IMG/VR virus record: IMGVR_UViG_2974799246_000001 | Span: 32,001 to 96,000 of that record | From: a virus | Lineage: Duplodnaviria > Caudoviricetes | DNA length: 64,000 bases | Strand: one strand, 5' to 3' | Shown here: positions 1 through 8,729 of the stretch, piece by piece | Numbering within the stretch: the first letter of the stretch is position 1 | Layout of the letters: each line of letters starts with the position of its first letter | Program-made: the position numbers and the translations under genes | Notes under the pieces: generated by a model | Seen by the model: only the letters and a program-made list of their open reading frames with translations | The model's database searches: none | What the model was told of the DNA's origin: nothing

Positions 1-1
1 T

Positions 2-505
2 GCTTCAATTAAAGTGAAAGCAAGCGGCAACGAAGACGTGTTTATCTATAACGCGTTGGGTGGATTGCAGGCGCTGCTCAACACGAAGATCTTCACGCAG
101 AAGCCTACGGACGTTGACCTGCTTCCTACGCTGGAGTATCGTCAGGCTGCGCACTGTCTTTATTCGGACACAGGCATTCTGAAACGTCTGGAGAACATCT
201 TCTCCAAAGACGGCGTGACAATCAAACTGGTCGATAAGCAGAAAGACAGTGTGCTGTCCGTTGCCTCCCTGTTCTGGATTGATCGCAAAGACATGGTGGC
301 CTGTCAGGTGCTTGAGACAGACCTGGAGAAGCATGACAAGAAAACGTTAATCGTCACCGAAGACCTCGATGTTGATTACGTTAACTCCCCTGTTGTGATT
401 CCGTACGATGCGGACGCCCAGTGCGTTCATGACACCTATCTGTGTGAGCGTGTGTATACGCTGCATGGCTGGAACGAAACCGTCACCTGCGCTGTAGGTA
501 AATAA
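2..505 (+). CDS. hypothetical phage protein, probably 5'-truncated by the window edge
   Basis: The frame of ORF 14..505 stays open back to base 2. Confidence 0.75.
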   Translation, partial: ASIKVKASGNEDVFIYNALGGLQALLNTKIFTQKPTDVDLLPTLEYRQAAHCLYSDTGILKRLENIFSKDGVTIKLVDKQKDSVLSVASLFWIDRKDMVACQVLETDLEKHDKKTLIVTEDLDVDYVNSPVVIPYDADAQCVHDTYLCERVYTLHGWNETVTCAVGK

Positions 506-506
506 C

Positions 507-674
507 ATGGTACGCTACCCGATAATCTTCTTCGCTACATGGATTCTGGTAGCGTACTCGTTATCGACAGTGGACGTTTCTGTGGAGTGGTGTGAAAAGG
601 TAGGCATGGTGTGCGCTGCGTTCTTCACCCACTTTGAAATGAAATGGCAGCGCTTTATCAAGGAGCAACAATGA
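507..674 (+). CDS. small hydrophobic protein, 55 aa (MVRYPIIFFATWILVAYSLS...)
   Basis: Read manually (below ORF-track cutoff). ATG 1 nt after the previous stop; TGA overlaps the next ATG (ATGA at 671-674). Confidence 0.65.
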   Translation: MVRYPIIFFATWILVAYSLSTVDVSVEWCEKVGMVCAAFFTHFEMKWQRFIKEQQ

Positions 675-1081
675 GTAAGCGCCAAGAAGCAATTGCTGTA
701 CTGAAAGAGTTCTTCTTTGACTTCCAACGAGGTTTCGTTCGCTTCGACTACGAAGAAGGTTTGTCTTCGTTTCAATTTCACGTTGATGAAATCCGTGAAG
801 TCCAGATTCACACAGGCGAAGGTATCAATAAAGCCAATGGCGATATCATCCTGGTGTCTCGCGTAAACATTGATCTCATTGGTGGCGGCTCTGCGCATTC
901 GTGTTCATTGCACCCTGAGAAAGGTCTGGAAAATTTAAAGCGTCTTGCATCGGCCTTGCTTCTGCTGCGAGACTCTGCCTGCGGTCTCTCATACGCTAAC
1001 TATGCGGTGAAGGCTGTAGAGACAAAGTTCTATCTCAATCCGCCTACAGTAAACTGGCAGGTTGAATCTCCCGCCGAGTAA
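671..1081 (+). CDS. hypothetical protein
   Basis: ORF 644..1081; AGGAG RBS precedes ATG 671. Confidence 0.8.
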   Translation: MSKRQEAIAVLKEFFFDFQRGFVRFDYEEGLSSFQFHVDEIREVQIHTGEGINKANGDIILVSRVNIDLIGGGSAHSCSLHPEKGLENLKRLASALLLLRDSACGLSYANYAVKAVETKFYLNPPTVNWQVESPAE

Positions 1082-1139
1082 TCGGCATTCGGTGTGCGAC
1101 ACAAAAGTGATTGCACCCTCTACCTAAAAGGTATGTACT

Positions 1140-1877
1140 ATGACTAAGCAACACACTTCCTACAGCTCTGCATTCGCTATCGGTGAAATGGCTCTGCTGT
1201 CTCTCGATAACTTTGGGCAAAACAAAGTACCTTACGGTGTAGTCGAAGGCTGCATGGCTTACGGTGAACAGCGTCTGTACCGCGTATCGTTGTTTGTGAA
1301 CGATGGTCCTGAATCGAATCCGTCTGCGTTCCTGCATCAAGGTCGTCCTGTCGATGGCTTCATTGCATCGGATCTGAAAGCGGTCAAAGAGCAGTACGTT
1401 GATCATATTGGTCACGTTGGTCGCTTCGAACAGCCTCACCACAAACTCGGTGATTCGCTGTTTATATCCGGCCAGCTGGTGGAAGTTGATATCGACCTTG
1501 AACTGCCTGGTGAGTACGACAAGTTCAACATTCCTGTGCAGATCACTGGCGTCACCTATGTTGAAGGTAAAGTGCTGTACGAAGTGAGCATCCAACGTGC
1601 ATACTATAATGACGGTCGTGTTAACGGTGGTCGTCTGGTGCGTGATACGTTGAGCAATATCGACAGCATCTACATCAAGCCTATTGCTGGTTGGCCTAAG
1701 ACCTGCCTCGAACAAGAAGGCGATGCAACGTTAATCATCAAAGGCGACGGCACGGTGACTATTGATGGCGCGGCCGATGTGGTAATCACTGCGAACAGCA
1801 TCTCACTCGAACCTGTAGTATCAGGCAGAACGTCTGGTCTTGTAGAGAACCAGAGCAACGTCCCGCGTTCTAAGTAA
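1140..1877 (+). CDS. hypothetical protein
   Basis: 245-aa ORF with AAAGG RBS, followed by a terminator. Confidence 0.8.
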   Translation: MTKQHTSYSSAFAIGEMALLSLDNFGQNKVPYGVVEGCMAYGEQRLYRVSLFVNDGPESNPSAFLHQGRPVDGFIASDLKAVKEQYVDHIGHVGRFEQPHHKLGDSLFISGQLVEVDIDLELPGEYDKFNIPVQITGVTYVEGKVLYEVSIQRAYYNDGRVNGGRLVRDTLSNIDSIYIKPIAGWPKTCLEQEGDATLIIKGDGTVTIDGAADVVITANSISLEPVVSGRTSGLVENQSNVPRSK

Positions 1878-1883
1878 GACCTT

Positions 1884-1909
1884 ATGGGTGGCTTCGGTCA
1901 CCCATTTTT
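1884..1909 (+). terminator. intrinsic terminator
   Basis: ATGGGTGGC-TTCG-GTCACCCAT then TTTT; UUCG tetraloop. Confidence 0.85.
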
Positions 1910-1917
1910 GTATCTGG

Positions 1918-1929
1918 AATCTGTAAATA
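1918..1929 (+). promoter_or_regulatory. putative phage promoter motif AATCTGTAAATA
   Basis: Exact 12-mer recurs at 10863 (+), 54509 (-) and 54788 (-); here it lies between a terminator and an RBS. Confidence 0.55.
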
Positions 1930-1946
1930 TATGTCAGGAGGATAGC

Positions 1947-2282
1947 ATGAAAGAGAAAGTAGAAGAATTGAGGCAGTATGTGCTCAAGCGTGTCAATGAG
2001 AACGCACAGCCTGAATTGGGTGTTGGTGAAGAGGCCATTCGTAGTCACGCCCGTGACGTGGTTGAAGGTATCATGAAGTCATTGAAGGAGACTTCTTCTG
2101 GCATTCGCGTTGTATGTGACGAATCAAACAATCCTAAGTACAACATCGACAACAATATCCTTACTCTGGACTTGTTGATCTCAGACCCACATGTAATCAA
2201 AATAATCTTTGAAGGAAACGACAATGCTAAAACGTCTGTTGGCTTTATTCAGCAAGAAGCAATCGTCCCAAAAGACGTTTGA
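1947..2282 (+). CDS. hypothetical protein
   Basis: GGAGGA RBS before ATG 1947 within ORF 1884..2282. Confidence 0.8.
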   Translation: MKEKVEELRQYVLKRVNENAQPELGVGEEAIRSHARDVVEGIMKSLKETSSGIRVVCDESNNPKYNIDNNILTLDLLISDPHVIKIIFEGNDNAKTSVGFIQQEAIVPKDV

Positions 2283-2706
2283 AGAAAAGCTGGAACAACT
2301 GAGTGACTACGATCGGACAGCGCGTGTTGATCGTCAAGGCAATACCCACTTCGCTAAAGATGAACGTGCTGTGCGTATGCACCGAGCGCTGCATCCTGGT
2401 CATCAACCTCGTCCTGACCGTAGGCCACCTGTGACTCAAAGCCGCCACCAGTTTGAAGCGCCTGCCCGTCGCGGCATGACTATCAACCAAGCGTCAGAAC
2501 AGCGTATGCGCAACGATGATGCGTTTCTGCATGGTATGATGGCGCAGTCTATGATTAACAACTCAACGCCATCTCGTCTGCATGATGTTGATACGTGCCA
2601 CACTCCGCACCATACCCCATATCATACGCCGAGCGGTGGGTACGACACAACTCCGTCTGATGGTGGCGGCTCCTACGACGGCGGCGGCGGAGGTTCCTGT
2701 GATTAA
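2224..2706 (+). CDS. hypothetical protein with His/Thr/Pro repeats and a Gly/Ser/Asp-rich tail
   Basis: ORF 2209..2706; ATG 2224 after GAAGGA; ends ...GGGSYDGGGGGSCD. Confidence 0.75.
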   Translation: MLKRLLALFSKKQSSQKTFEEKLEQLSDYDRTARVDRQGNTHFAKDERAVRMHRALHPGHQPRPDRRPPVTQSRHQFEAPARRGMTINQASEQRMRNDDAFLHGMMAQSMINNSTPSRLHDVDTCHTPHHTPYHTPSGGYDTTPSDGGGSYDGGGGGSCD

Positions 2707-2731
2707 ACGTTTAATGAACTGGATAGGCTTG

Positions 2732-3037
2732 ATGCTTATCTCGGACAAAAACAAGCGTAAGCTCCGTCAACACGAAGCGATGCTGCGCGCCTGTACCGAC
2801 GTGTATGATTGGTGTGGTGCTGACTTCCCTCAAGCCGCCGAAGCTGTCGAGTATGTGCGTACTCGCGCACTTGGCTATGAAGGCCGCTTGAACTACAACA
2901 ACAATATCATGAGTCCCTACGACTGCCATTCAGGGATTAGTGATTGGCGAGAAGCGATGCGCCGTAAGTACAAGAACCTGCCTGAGCTTGACTTCGACGG
3001 CAAGGACTTCAAAGTTAAGAGCGTCATTGTTGATTAA
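2732..3037 (+). CDS. hypothetical protein
   Basis: 3' part of ORF 2582..3037; start MLISDK chosen to avoid overlap. Confidence 0.7.
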   Translation: MLISDKNKRKLRQHEAMLRACTDVYDWCGADFPQAAEAVEYVRTRALGYEGRLNYNNNIMSPYDCHSGISDWREAMRRKYKNLPELDFDGKDFKVKSVIVD

Positions 3038-3046
3038 GGAAACAGT

Positions 3047-3232
3047 ATGAGCAAAGAGGGTGATCGCGAGAAACTCCAGGAGTTCCGCGACGAGTTAGAA
3101 CAGGATTGCGATCAGCAAGAGGAAGAAGACTTCGACTTCTCTGATAACGATCCCCTGCTGGACGCTTGCTGCGCTGCACCGCATTGGGATGAAGACGGAG
3201 TGTGTACGCACTGCGGTTCCGACCCACGTTAA
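3047..3232 (+). CDS. small acidic protein with C-terminal Cys/His cluster (possible Zn ribbon)
   Basis: 61 aa, AAGGA RBS, CC..H...CxxC. Confidence 0.7.
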   Translation: MSKEGDREKLQEFRDELEQDCDQQEEEDFDFSDNDPLLDACCAAPHWDEDGVCTHCGSDPR

Positions 3233-3259
3233 TCCACAAACCATATACCGAGAATAAGC

Positions 3260-3727
3260 ATGGAAAAGAATACCGACGAGAAGATTGTTGTGCTAGACAA
3301 GGATGTGTTTGGCCGTCTGTTGAGTTATGCAGAGGTTGGGGAACGTGATTGCGGTGAGAACTTCTTCGGCCAGTCTATCAAGGATATTAAAAAGCATGTA
3401 GCTCGCTTCAATATCCACCAGCGCACGGCTATGGCATCTGACCTGCGTGACGCGAAGCTCTACAAAGCAGCGCGTCGTCGATTCGTGAAGAAGGCCGCGC
3501 GTTTAAGTTCGCAGCGTGATACCGTACGCTACATGGTTGACCATCAGCACAGGGTCATCTACCCCGTGAAGATCATCGGCAAGTCGGCCATAGGACCACA
3601 TCGTTTGAAGTACGAAAGCCTGTGTGATGGTTGGACGAGTGATGCAGTGGTAGACTACATCTTCGAGACACGCGAAGAACTGCCTGCTGATTACCGTGTT
3701 GTTGAAGTAGGAGAACGCATTGAATGA
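3260..3727 (+). CDS. hypothetical protein
   Basis: 155-aa ORF, ATGA-coupled to the next gene. Confidence 0.8.
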   Translation: MEKNTDEKIVVLDKDVFGRLLSYAEVGERDCGENFFGQSIKDIKKHVARFNIHQRTAMASDLRDAKLYKAARRRFVKKAARLSSQRDTVRYMVDHQHRVIYPVKIIGKSAIGPHRLKYESLCDGWTSDAVVDYIFETREELPADYRVVEVGERIE

Positions 3728-3921
3728 AACCGCACGAGATTATATTCGTCACCAGCACATTCGCCTGCATTCTGACGTGGTGTTTATATCAGAACGATCT
3801 GTGGTGTGAGCGCAACATCATGTCCCACCAGCGTTCTAACAAAATACGTTGGTCATTCATTATCAGCGCCTCTGTCTTCTTTGTCAGTCTTTGCTATAAC
3901 GCCTATCTGGAGTGGTATTGA
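3724..3921 (+). CDS. small membrane protein (2 hydrophobic segments)
   Basis: 65-aa ORF coupled at both ends. Confidence 0.7.
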   Translation: MKPHEIIFVTSTFACILTWCLYQNDLWCERNIMSHQRSNKIRWSFIISASVFFVSLCYNAYLEWY

Positions 3922-4325
3922 TGAAAGCACTCTCTATCCGCCAACCGTGGGCGTGGCTGATCGTTCAAGGCCACAAGAAGATTGAGAACCGCACGTGGGA
4001 CACGAAGAAGCGCGGACGTTTTCTCGTTCACGCCTCATCTAAGCGTCCGTCTGATCACGACATGCAGGTAGCGAGAGAAATCTGCGACGGTCTGAATATC
4101 ACGCTGCCTGAAAAGCATGAGTTCGTGCTTGGCTCTATCGTAGGCTACGCTACTGTCTGCGGTACTGTCACGCAGTCCGATGATCCATTTTTCTTCGGGC
4201 CTGTAGGCATTCAGTTGAAAGATTGTCGTGCTGTCGAACCGATTCGCTTCAAAGGTGCTCTCAGTTTCTTCAACACACCGTACTGTGTCGTAGGCGGTAA
4301 GGTAGTTCAGTCACCACGATGCTAA
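3921..4325 (+). CDS. ASCH domain protein (PUA-like nucleic-acid binding)
   Basis: MKALSIRQPWAWLIVQGHKKIENRTW ASCH signature. Confidence 0.9.
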   Translation: MKALSIRQPWAWLIVQGHKKIENRTWDTKKRGRFLVHASSKRPSDHDMQVAREICDGLNITLPEKHEFVLGSIVGYATVCGTVTQSDDPFFFGPVGIQLKDCRAVEPIRFKGALSFFNTPYCVVGGKVVQSPRC

Positions 4326-4534
4326 GACCCATACTCGTACCTCAGCAAGGCAAGCTCGTTCTAGCGCATCTCATCAATGAAGATCGCAACGAAGTTTATT
4401 TCGTGCGTCACCTTAAGGTGAGAGGTGTGGTTGTGTGTCAAGTCGGGATCGTGCCTGTGACAGTCGTAACATTCCTATATGGCTTCTCGCCCACTACGGA
4501 TGATTACGATGTGGTTAGGCAGATGCGCAAATAA
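4319..4534 (+). CDS. hypothetical protein
   Basis: 71-aa ORF ending just before a terminator. Confidence 0.6.
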   Translation: MLRPILVPQQGKLVLAHLINEDRNEVYFVRHLKVRGVVVCQVGIVPVTVVTFLYGFSPTTDDYDVVRQMRK

Positions 4535-4538
4535 TATT

Positions 4539-4563
4539 AGGGTGGCCTCCGGCTGCCCTTTTT
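4539..4563 (+). terminator. intrinsic terminator
   Basis: AGGGTGGCC-TCC-GGCTGCCCT then TTTT. Confidence 0.8.
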
Positions 4564-4566
4564 GCG

Positions 4567-4572
4567 TAATTT
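4567..4572 (+). promoter_or_regulatory. putative late promoter motif TAATTT
   Basis: 27 nt upstream of ATG 4600; similar spacing at seven - strand sites. Confidence 0.6.
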
Positions 4573-4599
4573 CTCCACATTAGCAAGAGGAGAAATACC

Positions 4600-5580
4600 A
4601 TGTTGTTTGCATTAGGTTCCTGCCAAAAACGATTTAACGATCACCAGAATAGCGCGATTAACTTCGGTGCTATCTTCGATGACAACGTAACGAAAGACCA
4701 AGCGCTCTCCGATTGGGCAGGTAACGTTGCTCGCGCTGTTGCCGTATGCAACACAAAATCAGGAAACAGTCTGACGACAGGTCAGGTGCAAGGTCTAAAG
4801 GGCAATCGCCTGTATGCAGCCACAATATTCAGTCCGTCTATCAAACGCAGCTACGGCGATGCCAACTCGGCAATGTCCTTATCTGATTTGCGTCTGATAC
4901 AGCCTGCACCTGTAGCGTTAAACAATGCCGCCCCAACAACAATGGGAGAGCTTGGTTTCATACTGGCCGAACGTAGTGTCATGTATATGTTCAGGTCAGG
5001 AGGAACACCTCAACTGTACAGCACATACAACACTGCGCAAAGCTATAGCGCTCGCGCAGGCAGCGATGTAATCTACACCGTCACTACGGTCAACTCCCTG
5101 CACTACACACGTACAGCACGTATGCCCACAACACCGACAGGTAGTGTGACAACATCTGGCTCCGACATAACAGTGACGTCAGCGATAGGCTACGCGAATG
5201 TTGGTACAGCACAGGCGTCTGGTCAGTTCTTCGGAACGATTGATGGTGGATATCGCTATCAAATAAGCGGGCGTAATGCGCAAGGTCAGTTCTACACCAA
5301 CGACCCTGTTTTCTATAACGGTAATGGGCTATACGGTAACGTTGTACAAAACACTGATCGTAACCTGCGTATATCCATGGCTGTCAGTGGAGCTAACGAA
5401 ACGCCTGTGCCTAAATGGATGGGTAACGTGATTCAGATTGGCCGAGACTACTTCATGATGCGGTATGATATCGGAAGTGGTCTTGATCTGGAGAGCACCG
5501 CAACTCTTGTGCCTGGTGATAATGCTACGTTTACGCTTAACGCAACCAACTTAACATATCCTGACAGAGTATTAATGTAA
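4600..5580 (+). CDS. putative virion protein, paralog of the 23.4-29.4 kb family
   Basis: MLFA... start, G/S/T/N/Y-rich, 'PVPKWMG' motif near the C-terminus; strong GAGGAG RBS. Confidence 0.7.
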   Translation: MLFALGSCQKRFNDHQNSAINFGAIFDDNVTKDQALSDWAGNVARAVAVCNTKSGNSLTTGQVQGLKGNRLYAATIFSPSIKRSYGDANSAMSLSDLRLIQPAPVALNNAAPTTMGELGFILAERSVMYMFRSGGTPQLYSTYNTAQSYSARAGSDVIYTVTTVNSLHYTRTARMPTTPTGSVTTSGSDITVTSAIGYANVGTAQASGQFFGTIDGGYRYQISGRNAQGQFYTNDPVFYNGNGLYGNVVQNTDRNLRISMAVSGANETPVPKWMGNVIQIGRDYFMMRYDIGSGLDLESTATLVPGDNATFTLNATNLTYPDRVLM

Positions 5581-5588
5581 GGACGACT

Positions 5589-6011
5589 ATGCTTCCTCTA
5601 GCACCAGCAACCAGAGTAGTCAGTATGCGCAACGGCAATAAGGACTATGATGTTCGTATTGACCGTGAAACCAAATGGGGCAACAAGTTCTATATGACCC
5701 ACGAGACTGTCGCAGAACGTAATCGTGTATGCGATGAACATGAAACTGACTTGTGGGAGAAGATAGAGAACGGTGAGATATTGTTGCGCCACCTTCTCGA
5801 ACTCTACGGAAAGAAACTTGGTTGTTGGTGCAGTCCAAAGCGTTGTCACGGTGACGCGTTGGTCAGAGCCGCAGAATGGGCATATCAGCTAAACTGTAAA
5901 TACGAGCGTATAAAACGTACTTACAGGAAAAGGCGAAATGCGAAGCGTAAACAAGCAGCGCAAAGTAAAAGCGCAAACACTCGTAACAAGAAGAAAATTC
6001 CTCGGCAGTAG
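5589..6011 (+). CDS. DUF4326 domain protein
   Basis: YDVRIDRETKWGNKF...LYGKKLGCWCSPKRCHGDAL motifs. Confidence 0.85.
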   Translation: MLPLAPATRVVSMRNGNKDYDVRIDRETKWGNKFYMTHETVAERNRVCDEHETDLWEKIENGEILLRHLLELYGKKLGCWCSPKRCHGDALVRAAEWAYQLNCKYERIKRTYRKRRNAKRKQAAQSKSANTRNKKKIPRQ

Positions 6012-6018
6012 CCCTTCA

Positions 6019-6516
6019 ATGAAAGCCCTGAGCTGGGAAGTGTTCCAGAGCACATTCAAAGATGTTGCTTACGGACAGTTTCGCCTAGCTTGGGGCGCCT
6101 CTCTGGTAACAATCCATACGCTCGATCAGACACGCCCTAATTGTGATTACGAGTACCTTGAAAAACTCGATAAGCTGATTGACGCCCTCAAGACGTTTAC
6201 TCCAATCGTAGGCACGACCAACCAAGCAGCATTCCGTGAGTGGCTTAATCCTCTGGACACGTCTGCTACTGGAAGCGTTGCATACCACTACGATGTTGAG
6301 TCAACCGAATCCATCATCTACTTTGAACTGGCCAGTTGCGACGATAAGATTCGAATCTACCCTCATCACTTCCCTGCACCTCAGTTGAAAAACATGGTCC
6401 GTTGTTTGGATAACATCCGTGTGGAACTCGTCAACCATAGGGCGACTTACGTGCGTTTGATGAAGCAAATAGAATCTGTAAAGATCGGCTATACAGAACA
6501 AAAACAGGTGGCTTAA
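6019..6516 (+). CDS. hypothetical protein
   Basis: 3' part of ORF 5938..6516, ATG MKALSW. Confidence 0.7.
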   Translation: MKALSWEVFQSTFKDVAYGQFRLAWGASLVTIHTLDQTRPNCDYEYLEKLDKLIDALKTFTPIVGTTNQAAFREWLNPLDTSATGSVAYHYDVESTESIIYFELASCDDKIRIYPHHFPAPQLKNMVRCLDNIRVELVNHRATYVRLMKQIESVKIGYTEQKQVA

Positions 6517-6519
6517 AAC

Positions 6520-6855
6520 ATGGCTCTAAATCATTTGCAGTATGCCCTTGGTCTGTTGGCCAAGGCAAGCGCACAGGTATCTCAGGCAGCACTTGACTGC
6601 CAGCAGCACGGCTTCGATCACGTAGACCCTAAGAGTCTCGTGGCACTGACAGCGCGTGAGCATTTGATCAGCGGTCTGGACGATGTTGCTGCGGCTGTGC
6701 TGTTCGTCGAGCGTGAAGCTGGACCACACTTCGAGTTCGTGCCTGATACTCGTCGTGCGCTTAACAAGATGGACCAGTTGCGTTCTCAGTTAGGCTTCGC
6801 TATTGAATCAGGTCATGCAGAGGGTTACGAGGACGAGGAGGACGAGGAAGAATGA
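6520..6855 (+). CDS. hypothetical protein with acidic tail
   Basis: 111-aa ORF, ATGA-coupled. Confidence 0.75.
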   Translation: MALNHLQYALGLLAKASAQVSQAALDCQQHGFDHVDPKSLVALTAREHLISGLDDVAAAVLFVEREAGPHFEFVPDTRRALNKMDQLRSQLGFAIESGHAEGYEDEEDEEE

Positions 6856-7361
6856 GCTACACGATGATCGTTCAGCACAACATCAAGCTGAAAACAAATA
6901 CGCCTAAGAAAGTGATCAATAAGATTCGTGCTTGGCATCGTGAACCGTGGGCGTTCGACTATCTTAATCGTCATTTCAAAATCGACGTGTATCGTGCTCT
7001 AGGCCCAGGTTGCGGCCGCTGCTTCAATCTTCGTGCGAAGCAGATCTTCAACGTCGGTAGCGGTGTTGTGCCGCATATCCGCACTACTGCGTTGTTCAGT
7101 CGCGGTAAAGATGGCGTTGAAGCGCTTCAACAATTCTTCGACTGTCTGGCCGAGTACATTGCTAACACCGACGAGGTGATTGCAGTCATTCGCGGTGAAG
7201 ACGGCCTGTTTGACCAAAACGAAGGCATGACCAATATGTTTGAGGACGTGCCTAAAGCCTATGGCTATTATGCAGTGCGCATCGTTAACGATCACGCCAA
7301 AATCGAATGGACGGTTGACGATATCTATGAACAATTACCTTGGGTAACCTATGCTTACTAA
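6852..7361 (+). CDS. hypothetical protein
   Basis: 169-aa ORF, GAGGA RBS. Confidence 0.75.
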   Translation: MSYTMIVQHNIKLKTNTPKKVINKIRAWHREPWAFDYLNRHFKIDVYRALGPGCGRCFNLRAKQIFNVGSGVVPHIRTTALFSRGKDGVEALQQFFDCLAEYIANTDEVIAVIRGEDGLFDQNEGMTNMFEDVPKAYGYYAVRIVNDHAKIEWTVDDIYEQLPWVTYAY

Positions 7362-8025
7362 CATTGCTCGACTTGTCGCTACACAAGCACACGCTGGTCA
7401 GGTACGCAAGTACACTAACGAGCCGTATGTCAATCACCCTGAACGTGTATCTGCCTGGCTTTCCCAGTTTCACGTAGGCGAAGTGATTGAGGCTGCTGCC
7501 CTCTGCCATGATGTGCTGGAAGACTGCGACGTTAGTTACTCTGCGCTCGAAATGACTGTCGGTACTCAGGTTGCAGATCTGGTGCAGGAAGTCACTAACG
7601 GCGTTTATCCTGAAGGTACGCCCCGCATCGAGAAGTATTGGGGAAACATCCTCAAGTTACTGCAAGCCAGTCATCAGGCGCAAACTCTCAAGTGCGGTGA
7701 TATCTACGACAACTGCAAAGACGTGTACGACCGTGACCCGTCTTATGCTGCGCGTTACATCGCAGAGAAGTTCTTCCTCGTGCGTTCGTTCACTCGCGCT
7801 CAGGGTGACGTGCGCGATGCAACGCTAAATCTGCTGTCTGAGATCTATAACGGCATGTCTGACGGCCATAAGATTTACTGTCTGGAGTACATTCAGCACA
7901 TTGGCCGCGAGTGTCCAGACGACATGGTTGTTCGTTTCCACAACATTATGGTTGAAGCCAACACCTACAATGGCTGCACCCTTCGTATCGGGGATAACTA
8001 TGGAACTGCGCCTGCCTCCGTTTAA
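7351..8025 (+). CDS. HD-domain hydrolase, RelA/SpoT/Mesh1-type (small alarmone hydrolase-like)
   Basis: AHAGQVRK..EPYVNHP...AALCHDVLED...VT...K.GD..DN motif order. Confidence 0.85.
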   Translation: MLTNIARLVATQAHAGQVRKYTNEPYVNHPERVSAWLSQFHVGEVIEAAALCHDVLEDCDVSYSALEMTVGTQVADLVQEVTNGVYPEGTPRIEKYWGNILKLLQASHQAQTLKCGDIYDNCKDVYDRDPSYAARYIAEKFFLVRSFTRAQGDVRDATLNLLSEIYNGMSDGHKIYCLEYIQHIGRECPDDMVVRFHNIMVEANTYNGCTLRIGDNYGTAPASV

Positions 8026-8374
8026 AACTCGGTCTGTGCTGGTTGAGCACATGGACGTTAAGCAAAAGCAAGCTGTAGCTATTCTGACAGTCAGTGAGAC
8101 TAGCTGGTGGGGATATAAGAAACGGCATTTGCGTATAGCTATGCAATGCCGTAAGACCACACGCAAAGAACCAGAGTGGTCTGCATTAGTTCGCTGGGAT
8201 GATGGCTACATGGTCACGCCAATCTGCAAGGACAGTGACGTCCTGACAGTAGCAACCAATACACTACGCGATATGCGCAACATGAACATGACACATTATG
8301 ATCAGTTGCTTGCGCACCGCCTATCCATTCATATGAGAAAGCATCATGGCAAAACTCTCGCTGCATCTGTTTGA
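8000..8374 (+). CDS. hypothetical protein
   Basis: ATG 8000 after GGGGA in ORF 7901..8374. Confidence 0.7.
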   Translation: MELRLPPFKTRSVLVEHMDVKQKQAVAILTVSETSWWGYKKRHLRIAMQCRKTTRKEPEWSALVRWDDGYMVTPICKDSDVLTVATNTLRDMRNMNMTHYDQLLAHRLSIHMRKHHGKTLAASV

Positions 8375-8729
8375 AAACGTGGTGAACGAACAGGAGTTCG
8401 CTGAACGTCGCTTCCACAAAAGCATTATGTTCATGCACGGTGTATCGTCCAATAGTCCTTACGCCAAAGACAGTCTTCCTGTGACGTTCGCTGTGTACGA
8501 AGTCGGTGATACCCGCACGTATGCTGCAACTGTTGGACAGAAGCTGTCTGAACGGCTACAGGAAGCGATGAACCTTGAGCCTGTGCGTGTTTGGCAGTTG
8601 GTTCGTCGCGGTAATGATGTGTTCTTTGTTGGCGAAAGCTCCGAAGCAATCGTCGCAGACAACGTGGTACCGTTAGAGATTCGTGTGGAGGGAGGGCAAG
8701 ATGCTGAACGCTGCTGGTCCCGCGCTTGA
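8346..8729 (+). CDS. hypothetical protein
   Basis: 127-aa ORF in an operon-like run. Confidence 0.7.
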   Translation: MAKLSLHLFENVVNEQEFAERRFHKSIMFMHGVSSNSPYAKDSLPVTFAVYEVGDTRTYAATVGQKLSERLQEAMNLEPVRVWQLVRRGNDVFFVGESSEAIVADNVVPLEIRVEGGQDAERCWSRA

